Shown in pieces: positions 17,201 to 25,381 of a stretch of DNA of 61,061 nt. Below the pieces are notes generated by a model. The model saw only the letters and a list, made by a program, of their open reading frames with translations. It was not told the DNA's origin and made no database searches. Positions within the stretch are counted from its first letter, which is position 1. Every line of letters begins with the position of its first letter. Both the position numbers and the translations under genes were made by a program. The stretch covers positions 1 to 61,061 of the forward strand of contig JAFYUH010000137.1 of the NCBI GenBank assembly GCA_017549605.1, in the 5' to 3' direction. This DNA is from Bacteroidales bacterium (lineage in GTDB: Bacteria > Bacteroidota > Bacteroidia > Bacteroidales > F082).

Positions 17201-18360
17201 GACTCGTTGAGGTCATGAGCGCCGACGCAGATGACGCTTGACAAACCGCCTTCGAGTGTCTGGTCAGGGTTTCTCCAAGGAGCAGGGCAAGCTGCTGGGT
17301 AGTCGACATTGTCAGGAGCTCCGTATGAGTCGCCGTCGTTACCTGCTGCTGCACAGACGACAACGCCTGCACTTAACACATTGTCGAAAGCCTTGCGTAT
17401 CTCTTCTTTCTGTGCTGTGGTTAACTGGCTGTTCTTGAAACCTAAAGACATGCTTAAAACGTCAGCACCGTTTTCAACAGCGAACTGGACGCCGCTCAAC
17501 ATTTGAGTTACAGAACCGCCACCAGCACGGTTGATAGTCTTTAATGTCATAAGCAATGCATCTGGAGCGATACCTGTTGTAATCATTGAAGTACCATCGC
17601 CACAGACAATACCAGCGCAGTGTGTGCCATGGCCATAGTCGTCAGTGATGTTACTGTTGTTAGCAACATAGTTCCAACCGTTTACGTATGTATCAGGAGT
17701 ACCATCGTTATTGGTATCTACATATCCTGTCCAGAGATGATCTCTAAGGTCTAAGTGGTTGATGTTGGTGCCAGAGTCCAATACTGCAACGATTACGTTC
17801 TTGCCAGTATAACCTTCTTCCCACCAAACTCTTTGCGCTTCGACAGCTTGGACGTGAGCATCAGGACCGCCAGCTCTTACTGGAGTGGCTGGCTGTGCCT
17901 TGAGGCTTTCCTCCATTTGCTTAGGAGAGATCATCTGGATTTCTTTGTCATAGCCGATGATCTTTACATCAGGATGTGATGAGAGTCTGTAGATTACATC
18001 TTTAGAAGCCTTGCAGCTGATGCTGTTGGCAATCCATAGATTACGGATGTCTGCAACATTGCCGCTTAACTCTTCTGCTTTCAAGATATTCATCACGTCA
18101 GCTTGAACGTTTTCTGAATAAGTCTTGAGTTCGCCGATAACGATCTCTTTCTTTTCAGATTTTGTTTGAGCCTTTCTTGATGCTCGATTGAGTCTGTCAG
18201 AATTGATGTTTGACTTGAAATAAATCTGAATGTCGATCAATTCATCGTTTCTTTGATTTAAGATGTTCTGAAGTTCAGGTTCGATGGCATTGATGTTTTG
18301 AGCAAATGTCAAAGTGCTTAAAACCAATGCTAAAAATAAAATGATGTAATTCTTTTTCAT
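14242..18360 (-). CDS. Subtilisin-like S8 serine peptidase with FN3 repeats and T9SS sorting domain (paralog C)
   Basis: 1372 aa. The N-terminal ~640 aa are very similar to paralog B, and a compared catalytic-domain stretch is about 95% identical at the nucleotide level. The triad is intact. The C-terminal domain reads 'FRIYPNPANDKLYIDTE...GVYFIMIKT...RFVKE'. Confidence 0.88.
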   Translation of the reverse strand: MKKNYIILFLALVLSTLTFAQNINAIEPELQNILNQRNDELIDIQIYFKSNINSDRLNRASRKAQTKSEKKEIVIGELKTYSENVQADVMNILKAEELSGNVADIRNLWIANSISCKASKDVIYRLSSHPDVKIIGYDKEIQMISPKQMEESLKAQPATPVRAGGPDAHVQAVEAQRVWWEEGYTGKNVIVAVLDSGTNINHLDLRDHLWTGYVDTNNDGTPDTYVNGWNYVANNSNITDDYGHGTHCAGIVCGDGTSMITTGIAPDALLMTLKTINRAGGGSVTQMLSGVQFAVENGADVLSMSLGFKNSQLTTAQKEEIRKAFDNVLSAGVVVCAAAGNDGDSYGAPDNVDYPAACPAPWRNPDQTLEGGLSSVICVGAHDLNESSRGPSTWEGTSYNDYPYNNGESMGLIRPDISAPGYIIRSTKYNNNEIYELKSGTSQATPIVAGVIALMLEKNSTLTPAQISEIIETTATSKPSTKNNTVGAGIVNALAAVNSITEVVGNPYVKLNTFAPTTISTGSNTIGITLKNEGNGPSDENTTVTLALANDPYVTIANPTQTAGRIGAGDTKSLFFNINVSNDTPSGHTVTFTVTTKSGNFSWENTFSVNITTMPNLAFQSVSPGVVETNATNDIKVTVINNGTAAFTSPITLSLKTLTGDLKYVDFIDAETTIPALGVGETGTGTFTIETKLPETKPSYSFDFFLETHSEYTNPTSYVYEFENDMEGWTSFKAGGSFTKVAWLHSTDATTLTNVKESFSGKGHLMSISNQNGVAQVYNPIDNYLVSPEKVKITGNSKVSFYARGNNNIGYKEHFGLAVSTNGNASASDFTTIQEWVISEKTTWTQYTADLSAYAGQDIYIAIRHFFTAQEWEDSYYGYDYDALNIDDITFSNVSMNIQHTSTYSYDDPYYFTVKASNSIVLPKVENLTATAISSSKISLEWNAVNTANSYNVYRNGQKVATVTEPSFTDSKLAYETQYCYAVTTITSSGESGFCDEACATTLEPTEAATPTNLTAEAVNESSIFLAWDYVEEAASYNVYQGTELIASELTSTMYTVNGLNAETEYCFSVTAVNKLGESDKSESACATTLEDTGDEPIEPEVPTLAAPVVTAEATSESTIVLTWEAVENAIRYNIYSGEETVKLAVTATTYTVSDLEANTQYCFNVVAVNKEGKSDKSEDACATTFEAENPEPAKLEAPKNLRAAIRQDVPGYGYKFEITMAWDAVEGATGYDVYVNTDNAQDFHMGYTNGTAYVIGTNEEITFEFYVVAFNDETESEPSEVYTVTVVDDAIDEHTSSFRIYPNPANDKLYIDTEIEIEEVVVYDVYGRLQVTETPSHQENTTIDVSEFNAGVYFIMIKTNDGVLTKRFVKE

Positions 18361-18391
18361 TGTTATGAAATATTAAAATGTATCTTTTAAA

Positions 18392-18474
18392 AGCTGTTGG
18401 CTATTGGCTGTTAGTTAAAAGTCAACAGACAACTTTCAACCTTTTCCGTTGTCCGTTGTCTGTTGTCCGTTGTC
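18392..18474. repeat. GTTGTC[CT] heptamer run x4 facing GTCAACAGACAAC, plus CTGTTGG/CTATTGG words
   Basis: 'agctgttggctattggctgttagttaaaagtcaacagacaactttcaaccttttccgttgtccgttgtctgttgtccgttgtc'. It lies between the leuS stop and the paralog C start. Confidence 0.8.
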
Positions 18475-18479
18475 TATTA

Positions 18480-21347
18480 TTAACCGACTACGATATTTAT
18501 AATCTTCTTAGGAACGACGATGACTTTCTTGATACTCTTGTCGGCGATCCATTTCACTGCTTCCGGTGATTCGATGGCGGCTTTTTCTATTTCTGCCGGA
18601 CTTAATGTGATAGGCAATTCTAAGTCGAAGCGTTTCTTGCCGTTGATTGACACTGGATATGTGAAGTTGTTTTCAACGACGTAGCTTTCTACGAACTCTG
18701 GGAATTTCTGCATTACGACGCTGTCTTCATGTCCCATCTGGTGCCACAACTCTTCTGCGAGGTGAGGAGCGTATGGTGATACCATGATTGCGAGTGGCTC
18801 AAGGATTTCGCGTTTGTTGCACTTGAGGTCTGTCAATTCATTGACACAGATCATGAATGCTGAAACTACAGTGTTGAAAGATATTCTTTCGATATCGTCT
18901 TCTTCTTTCTTGATGAGTTTATGCAATGACTTCAACTCTTCTTTTGTTGCTGGCTCATCGCTGAAGCAGAATTCGTTATTTTCGTCTGTATATAATCTCC
19001 AGAACTTACGGATGAAACGGTAGACACCTTCGATGCCTTGTGTGTCCCATGGCTTTGATTGTTCGAGTGGTCCGAGGAACATTTCGTAAAGTCTCAAAGT
19101 GTCAGCGCCATATTTAGCGACGAGGTCGTCAGGGTTTTGAACGTTGAACTTAGACTTTGACATCTTTTCTACTTCCCAACCGCAGACGTAGATAGGATTA
19201 CCTTCTTTATCTTGTTCGAAGATGAACTTAGAGTCTTTGAGGTCGTCTCTCCATTGGTTGAATTCTTCTGTGTCGAGGATGTCGTTATGTACCATGCAGA
19301 TGTCGACGCGGATAGGGTCGCTGTAATAATCTCTTCCTTCAATGTTTTTAGAGACGAAGAGGTTAGAAGCGCCGAGTGTGTCGATGTCGAATGGCATTTC
19401 TTTATTGGCAAAATATTCTTTGAATTTCTGTACGTTGACGCGATATACGAAGCTTGTTCTGCCTTGGATCATACCTTGGTTGATCATTCTCTTGAATGGC
19501 TCGTCTTTGCAGATGACGCCGAGGTCGAATAAGAACTTGTTCCAGAAACGGCTGTAGATGAGGTGGCCTGTTCCGTGTTCTGCGCCGCCGATATATAAGT
19601 CTACTTGTTCCCAGTAGTTGTTAGCTTCTTTGCTGATGAATTCGTTATTGTTTTGTGGATCCATGTAGCGGAGGTAATATGCGCTTGATCCTGCGAATCC
19701 TGGCATTGTGTTGGTTTCGAGTCTGTAACCTTCTTCTGTTGTCCAGTCCTTAGCGCGTGCCAATGGTGGTTCGCCTGTTTCTGTTGGCTTGTAAGCGTCG
19801 ATAGCTGGCAACTCGAGAGGGAGTTGGCTTTCGTCTAAAGCGTAAGGCATTCCGTCTTTGTAGTAGATTGGGAATGGCTCGCCCCAGTAACGTTGACGGC
19901 TGAAGATAGCGTCGCGGAGACGATAGTTTGTCTTGCCTTTACCGATGCCCATTTCTTCAACTTTAGCGATCATTGTAGCGATAGCTTCTTTTACTGTGAG
20001 ACCGTTGAGGAACTCAGAGTTTACCATCACGCCTTCTTTAGCGTCGAATGATTCTGTCCATTGTGATGCTTCTGATGGTTCTTCGCCTGGTTTTGCAACG
20101 ACTTGTGTGATAGGTAAGTTGAAGTGACGTGCGAATGCGAAGTCGCGGCTGTCGTGAGCTGGTACTGCCATGATAGCGCCTGTGCCGTAGCCCATGAGTA
20201 CATAGTCAGCTACCCAGATTGGGATTCTAGCGCCAGTGAATGGGTTGATGCCATAAGCGCCAGTGAACACGCCTGATACTTTCTTGACCTCTGCCATACG
20301 TTCACGTTCTGAGCGGTTCTTTGCCCATGTGACGTATTCTTCAACAGCAGCGCGTTGTTCTTCAGTGACGAGCTCGCTGATCATCTCGTGTTCAGGAGCC
20401 AACACCATGAAGCTAGCACCGAATAAGGTGTCAGCGCGTGTTGTGAAAACTTCTATATTGATGTCTTTGTCGGCGATGTCGAATAACAATGATGCACCCA
20501 TTGACTTGCCGATCCAGTTGCGTTGTACTTCTTTGATTGACTCGCTCCAGTCTATTGTTTCAAGACCTTCGAGGAGACGTTCTGCGTAAGCTGTGATACG
20601 GAGCAACCATTGTTTCATGGTCTTGCGTACTACAGGGTGACCGCCGCGTACTGAGAGACCGTCGGCGACTTCGTCGTTAGCGAGAACAGTGCCGAGTTCT
20701 GGACACCAGTTAACCATAGTGTCTGCTAAGTAAGCGAGACGGTAGTTCATCAGGATTTCTTGTTGTTCTTTCTCGCTCTTTGCTTTCCATTCTTCAGCTG
20801 TGAATGTGAGTGGTGTGCTGCAAGCGGCGTCCAGACCTTCTGTGCCTTGTGCCTCGAATCTCTTTACCAAGTCGGCAATAGGCTGAGCTTTCTTTGTCTG
20901 GTTACAATAATATGAATTGAAAAGTTGGATGAATGTCCATTGAGTCCATTTGTAATAAGCAGGGTCGCTGGTGCGTACTTCGCGGTCCCAGTCGTAGCAG
21001 AAACCGATTTTGTCCAACTGCTCGCGATAGCGGTTGATGTTCTTCTCTGTTGTTATCGCTGGGTGAGTACCTGTCTGGATAGCATATTGCTCTGCTGGAA
21101 GACCGTAAGCGTCATAACCCATTGGGTGAAGGACGTTGAATCCTTTGAGACGTTTGTAACGTGCGTAAATGTCAGATGCAATATAACCGAGAGGGTGACC
21201 TACGTGAAGACCTGCGCCCGATGGATATGGGAACATGTCTAAGATATAAAATTTTGGCTTGTTGTTATCAATATCAACTTTATAGATGTTATTGTTACGC
21301 CAATATTCTTGCCATTTCTTTTCTACTTCATTAAAATTGTAATCCAT
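18480..21347 (-). CDS. leuS: Leucine--tRNA ligase
   Basis: 955 aa. It has the class I HIGH-type motif '[14 protein letters not shown]' and the KMSKS motif 'EKMSKSKFN', with LeuRS-typical length and editing-domain architecture. Confidence 0.97.
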   Translation of the reverse strand: MDYNFNEVEKKWQEYWRNNNIYKVDIDNNKPKFYILDMFPYPSGAGLHVGHPLGYIASDIYARYKRLKGFNVLHPMGYDAYGLPAEQYAIQTGTHPAITTEKNINRYREQLDKIGFCYDWDREVRTSDPAYYKWTQWTFIQLFNSYYCNQTKKAQPIADLVKRFEAQGTEGLDAACSTPLTFTAEEWKAKSEKEQQEILMNYRLAYLADTMVNWCPELGTVLANDEVADGLSVRGGHPVVRKTMKQWLLRITAYAERLLEGLETIDWSESIKEVQRNWIGKSMGASLLFDIADKDINIEVFTTRADTLFGASFMVLAPEHEMISELVTEEQRAAVEEYVTWAKNRSERERMAEVKKVSGVFTGAYGINPFTGARIPIWVADYVLMGYGTGAIMAVPAHDSRDFAFARHFNLPITQVVAKPGEEPSEASQWTESFDAKEGVMVNSEFLNGLTVKEAIATMIAKVEEMGIGKGKTNYRLRDAIFSRQRYWGEPFPIYYKDGMPYALDESQLPLELPAIDAYKPTETGEPPLARAKDWTTEEGYRLETNTMPGFAGSSAYYLRYMDPQNNNEFISKEANNYWEQVDLYIGGAEHGTGHLIYSRFWNKFLFDLGVICKDEPFKRMINQGMIQGRTSFVYRVNVQKFKEYFANKEMPFDIDTLGASNLFVSKNIEGRDYYSDPIRVDICMVHNDILDTEEFNQWRDDLKDSKFIFEQDKEGNPIYVCGWEVEKMSKSKFNVQNPDDLVAKYGADTLRLYEMFLGPLEQSKPWDTQGIEGVYRFIRKFWRLYTDENNEFCFSDEPATKEELKSLHKLIKKEEDDIERISFNTVVSAFMICVNELTDLKCNKREILEPLAIMVSPYAPHLAEELWHQMGHEDSVVMQKFPEFVESYVVENNFTYPVSINGKKRFDLELPITLSPAEIEKAAIESPEAVKWIADKSIKKVIVVPKKIINIVVG

Positions 21348-21371
21348 AACCGTATTGTTTAGATAAGGTTA

Positions 21372-21379
21372 CAAAGATA
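21372..21379 (-). promoter_or_regulatory. -7 box (TAnnTTTG) upstream of leuS
   Basis: The minus strand reads 'TATCTTTG', 24 nt upstream of the ATG. Confidence 0.5.
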
Positions 21380-21392
21380 CAATTTTTTTTAA

Positions 21393-21439
21393 TTGAAAAT
21401 TGAAAATTTGTAGACAACAGTCAATGGTCAACAGTCAGG
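21393..21439. repeat. TTGAAAA x2 and CAACAGTCA-type words abutting the palindromic element
   Basis: 'ttgaaaattgaaaatttgtagacaacagtcaatggtcaacagtcagg'. Confidence 0.7.
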
Positions 21440-21441
21440 TT

Positions 21442-21520
21442 GTAGAGACGCGTCAATGATGTAATTTATAAATAAAGTAATCTGATTTTTATAAAAAATA
21501 CATCATTGACACGTCTGTAC
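21442..21520. mobile_element. 79-bp MITE/REP-like palindromic element PE-1, copy a
   Basis: 'gtagagacgcgtcaatgatgta ...35-nt AT loop... tacatcattgacacgtctgtac'. Its reverse complement differs from 48017..48095 at only 3 of 79 positions. Confidence 0.6.
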
Positions 21521-21532
21521 TTAGTTAAGAGT

Positions 21533-23554
21533 TCAAAGTTCTTTAACAAATCTCTTTACAATATTTCCGTTTGCAGTATTTATCTTAACGAAATAAACTC
21601 CGCTATTCAGATTAGAAATATCTATTGATATCATTTCTTGGTGACTTGGTGACTCGGTGACTTGGTGTCTTCCGTAAATATCATAAACTATCACTTCCTC
21701 GATTTCGCTTTCAGTCTTGATGTATAATCTGTCTTTAACCGGATTTGGATATATGCAGAAGTCTTTGTCGTTTTCTGTCAATGATGTACCGTTCTGTAAT
21801 GTGAATGTATGTCTCCAGCTAGGATGTCTTGAGAAATTGCTGATGCTGATATCATCGATGCATAAGATGAAGATGTCGGTACTGTTGAAGTGACGTATTG
21901 CTAACCAGATGTTTTGACCTACGTATTCGCTGAGGTCGACGGAGAAATATGTCCATTCTTCACCGAGACGATTGTCGGATGTCAGCGTCCATTCTTCTAT
22001 GGTGGTGAAGTCGTCGGCGGAGGTGCTGCTTTTTGTTGAAACGGCTACTCCGAAGTGTTCGCCTGGGACGGTCTTGTCTTGCATCGCTGCCCAGAACCCG
22101 AATGTCGTTTCTTCCTTGACATGTATCATAAAAGGAGAGACGATGTAGTCGTTAGGCATAAGTTCCGACAATATGATATTGCAGAACGACTCGCTCATGA
22201 GGTGTCCTTTGCCTGAGTGCGATGGTATCATTGTGACGAAATGGCCGTCTGATTCAGATGTGTGATACCATAAATGATCGTCGTTGTTAGCGTTTATGGT
22301 AGTCCAGCCTTCGAAGTCATTGTTGAAACTATAACTGATGTCGATGTTTTCTTCGAATGTCTCGTTGGCATAGATGTCGATGTTGAATGTCGCGATATGT
22401 CCTTCAGGCATAGAAGCATCGGTGGTGAAAGAGAATGAGTGTGTGACTTTCTCATTGCAAGCCATCGGCTCTAACAGATATTCGCCTTGTGTTATTGTGA
22501 CGAATTCATCGTCTGTCGACAAAATCGCTTTTGCCTGATATGATGATTCTTTCAAGCCATTATTGACAAATGTGACATCGAGATTCATCTCTTTGCCTGC
22601 AGCGAAGTCTTCGTGAGAGATGGCTTCAACGACTATGTTTTCCTGTGGGTTGTTGCCTTTTAATGAGAACTCGTTGTTCCATTTCATCGGCTGCATCACT
22701 CCTGTCAGCTCGACATCATCGACAGCGAGGAAGTATTGGTCGAAGCAATCGAAATGGCGTAATGCCATCCACACTTCCTGTCCTTCATATTCGCTTAAGT
22801 CGACGGTGTATTGATACCATGTTCCTTGGTCTCTGCTGCTTTTGGCTGTCAATGTCCATTCTTTTATTGTGGTGAAGTCATCGGCGGAGGTGTTGCCTGT
22901 CGATGATATTGCAAGACCGAAATGTTCTGCTGGATATTCGCGATCTTGAGCGCATGCCCAGAAACTGAAGGTTGCGTCTTTGCCTAATTTGAACTTCTCA
23001 GGTGTGACGAGATAGTTGTCAGGATATAAGATATCGAAGGTGTTGTCGTACGATTGAGAGAACATACAGTACATACTTTCGCGGCCGTGGCCTACTCCCA
23101 ATCTTTTTCCCGACTCGATCCAGTTGAATCCGTCGCCGTCAGCATCGATGGTTGTCTATCCTTGGATGCCGTCTTCGAAGTCGTAATAAAGATATGACTC
23201 TATGCTGCTGTCTTCAAGAACAGATTCTATGCTGAAGCTGATGTCGCTGTCGTGTGGTAACAGCTCGTTTGCTGTGATGACGAAGACAACTTCCTGTGTC
23301 GCATTAGGAGCCAATGGTTTGCAGATGGCTTCAGCATTGACGATGGTGATATATTTGCTGTCGCATTTCAATGTGACATGAGTGTCGTTTTCTGTCGCGA
23401 CCTCGCCATCGTTTATGAGTGTGACCTTTAGTTCAATATTCTTGCCCGGTGCTAAATTAGCATTCTCGCATGAATGAAAAGATATCTTAGGAAGCTGAGC
23501 GAAACCCAACTGTAAGAAAAGAGAGAATAAAAGTGTAAGTAATGTTTTTTTCAT
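21533..23554 (-). pseudogene. T9SS-sorted protein with two cleaved-adhesin/choice-of-anchor-J-like modules, interrupted by one in-frame TAG
   Basis: ORFs 23156..23554 (signal peptide 'MKKTLLTLLFSLFLQLGFAQ') and 21533..23101 are in the same frame (23158-23101=57). They are separated only by TAG at 23156..23158. The read-through is '...FEDGIQG*TTIDADGDGFNW...', and the second module of the same protein has 'FEGWTTINAN', so the stop replaces a conserved Trp. Confidence 0.8.
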
Positions 23555-23567
23555 GTTGTATTTTGTT

Positions 23568-23634
23568 GTGGGCTACGAGCTATGGGTTGTGAGCAATTTG
23601 AATTGTATGCTCACGGCTCACGGCTCATAACTCG
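23568..23634. repeat. Hairpin of GAGC/GTGAGC words facing CTCACGG x2
   Basis: 'gtgggctacgagctatgggttgtgagca atttgaattgt atgctcacggctcacggctcataactcg'. It lies between the paralog E stop and the pseudogene start. Confidence 0.75.
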
Positions 23635-23638
23635 ATGC

Positions 23639-25375
23639 TTATTCTTTAACAAACCTCTTTACAATATTTCCGTTTGCAGTATTTATCTTAACGAAATAAA
23701 CCCCGCTATTCAAATTAGAAATATCTATTGATATCATTTCTTGGTGACTTGGTGTCTCGGTGACTTGGTGTCTTCCGTAAATATCATAAACTATCACTTC
23801 CTCGATTTCGCTTTCAGTCTCGATGTATAATCTGTCTTTAACTGGATTTGGATATATGCTGACATTATTTGTGAACTTGTCTTCTATGCCAGTGATATCT
23901 TTATAGTCTTCTATTTCTTCTAAGGCTAACATTGCGTTGACGCATCCTGATCCTGTCTCGTTGCTTTTTGTCTCAGACAGTTTTGTTGCTGTTGTCTCGA
24001 GAGCTTCGCATATCTGTGCAGGAGTGAGGTATGGCTTCTTTTGTAACATGAGGCATACTACGCCAGTGACGCATGGTGTTGCCTGTGATGTGCCGTCCAT
24101 GCTGATGTATCCGCTGCTGTTGGTGTTGCTGCAAGATATGATTCCGACGCCAGGGGCGCATACGTCAGGACGTATGAGGCCTATCTCTCTTCCAGGTAGA
24201 TAAGGATAGTCTTCGTATGATGATGTCTGCCATGTGAAAGGTCCTCTTGATGAGAAATCGGCGACAACGTTATAATAGTTGACCGCGCTGACCGCGATGC
24301 ATGCTGAGAGTCCGCCAGGGTTTGCTTGTTGGTCAGGGTGGAGCCATGGAGGAGGACAGCCGCCTGGTACTCTAACGCTGTTAGGCACAGGGAATGTGAG
24401 GTTGAGCATGCCGTCGTTGCCTACTGCTGTCATGATGGCGACATTAGCTTCGAGGGCGTTTTCGTATGTCTGACGTAATGCTTCTCTTGTTGACATTGAG
24501 GCGTTAGGGAATCCTAATGACATATTCAATACGTCGGCGCCATGTTCTATAGCGAACTCGATTCCGGAGCATACGGTGTTGGCGTTTCCGCCGCCAGCGT
24601 CGTCCATAACTTTGATGCACATTACAGTTGCGTCAGGAGCTATTCCTGTCTGTGTTCCAGAGGTGCCGTCGCCGCAGATGATGCCAGCGCAGTGAGTGCC
24701 GTGGTTGAAGCCGTCGTGAACGTCATGGCTGTTCTCGAAAGTGTTGTAGCCGTGGTTAGGATATTCCTCGCCGCCGTCCCAAAGGTTTTTCTCCAAGTCT
24801 TTGTGGAAGTTGACGCCCGTGTCTATCACGCCGACGAGAACGCCTTTGCCAGTGTAACCTTCGTTCCATGCTTTATTGGCATTCACGTGCTTGATGTTTT
24901 GTGTCATGCCTCTTTGAGCCTCGACTTCTCTCGCTTTTTCATTCCATAAGAGAAACTGTGTCTCGTTGTAACCTATTATCTTGATATCATAATGTTCTGA
25001 CAACAAATAGATGTAGTCTTTGCTTGCAGTACATGTTATCATATTTGAAAGCCAGTGAGCTGTGATGTCTTTGACGTCGCCGCTTGCTTCGCCGGCTTTT
25101 AACAAAGACAAGATGTCTTTCTGTGATTGCTCAGAGAAATTTTTGAGTTCACTTACAACAACTTGACGTTGTGCCTTGGCGTCTTCTGTACTTTGTATGT
25201 TTTTTCTTAAATGGCTTATGTTAGCTTCTGATTTAAGAATGATGTTGACGCTGATCATGTCGTTGCTTTTTGAGTCAAGAACATTTTGAAGTTCAGGCTC
25301 GATGACGTTGTAGTTCTGCGCAAAGCCTATCTGGCATGCAAGTAATGATAGTAATAATAATAGGTGTCTTCTCAT
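23639..25375 (-). CDS. Subtilisin-like S8 serine peptidase with T9SS sorting domain (paralog E, minimal architecture)
   Basis: 578 aa. It has a signal peptide, an I9-like propeptide, triad motifs 'VGVIDTGV', 'HGTHCAG' and 'GTSQATP', and then directly the C-terminal domain 'SIYPNPVKDRLYIETE...GVYFVKINT...RFVKE'. Confidence 0.88.
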   Translation of the reverse strand: MRRHLLLLLSLLACQIGFAQNYNVIEPELQNVLDSKSNDMISVNIILKSEANISHLRKNIQSTEDAKAQRQVVVSELKNFSEQSQKDILSLLKAGEASGDVKDITAHWLSNMITCTASKDYIYLLSEHYDIKIIGYNETQFLLWNEKAREVEAQRGMTQNIKHVNANKAWNEGYTGKGVLVGVIDTGVNFHKDLEKNLWDGGEEYPNHGYNTFENSHDVHDGFNHGTHCAGIICGDGTSGTQTGIAPDATVMCIKVMDDAGGGNANTVCSGIEFAIEHGADVLNMSLGFPNASMSTREALRQTYENALEANVAIMTAVGNDGMLNLTFPVPNSVRVPGGCPPPWLHPDQQANPGGLSACIAVSAVNYYNVVADFSSRGPFTWQTSSYEDYPYLPGREIGLIRPDVCAPGVGIISCSNTNSSGYISMDGTSQATPCVTGVVCLMLQKKPYLTPAQICEALETTATKLSETKSNETGSGCVNAMLALEEIEDYKDITGIEDKFTNNVSIYPNPVKDRLYIETESEIEEVIVYDIYGRHQVTETPSHQEMISIDISNLNSGVYFVKINTANGNIVKRFVKE

Positions 25376-25381
25376 GGTAGA

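Noticed and set aside
23156-23158. TAG recoding or programmed read-through as the explanation for the split adhesin gene
   Set aside because: TAG terminates at least two other well-defined genes here, thpR at 2316..2318 and the FMN-binding protein at 43834..43836. A one-base TGG-to-TAG change at a conserved Trp is the simpler explanation.
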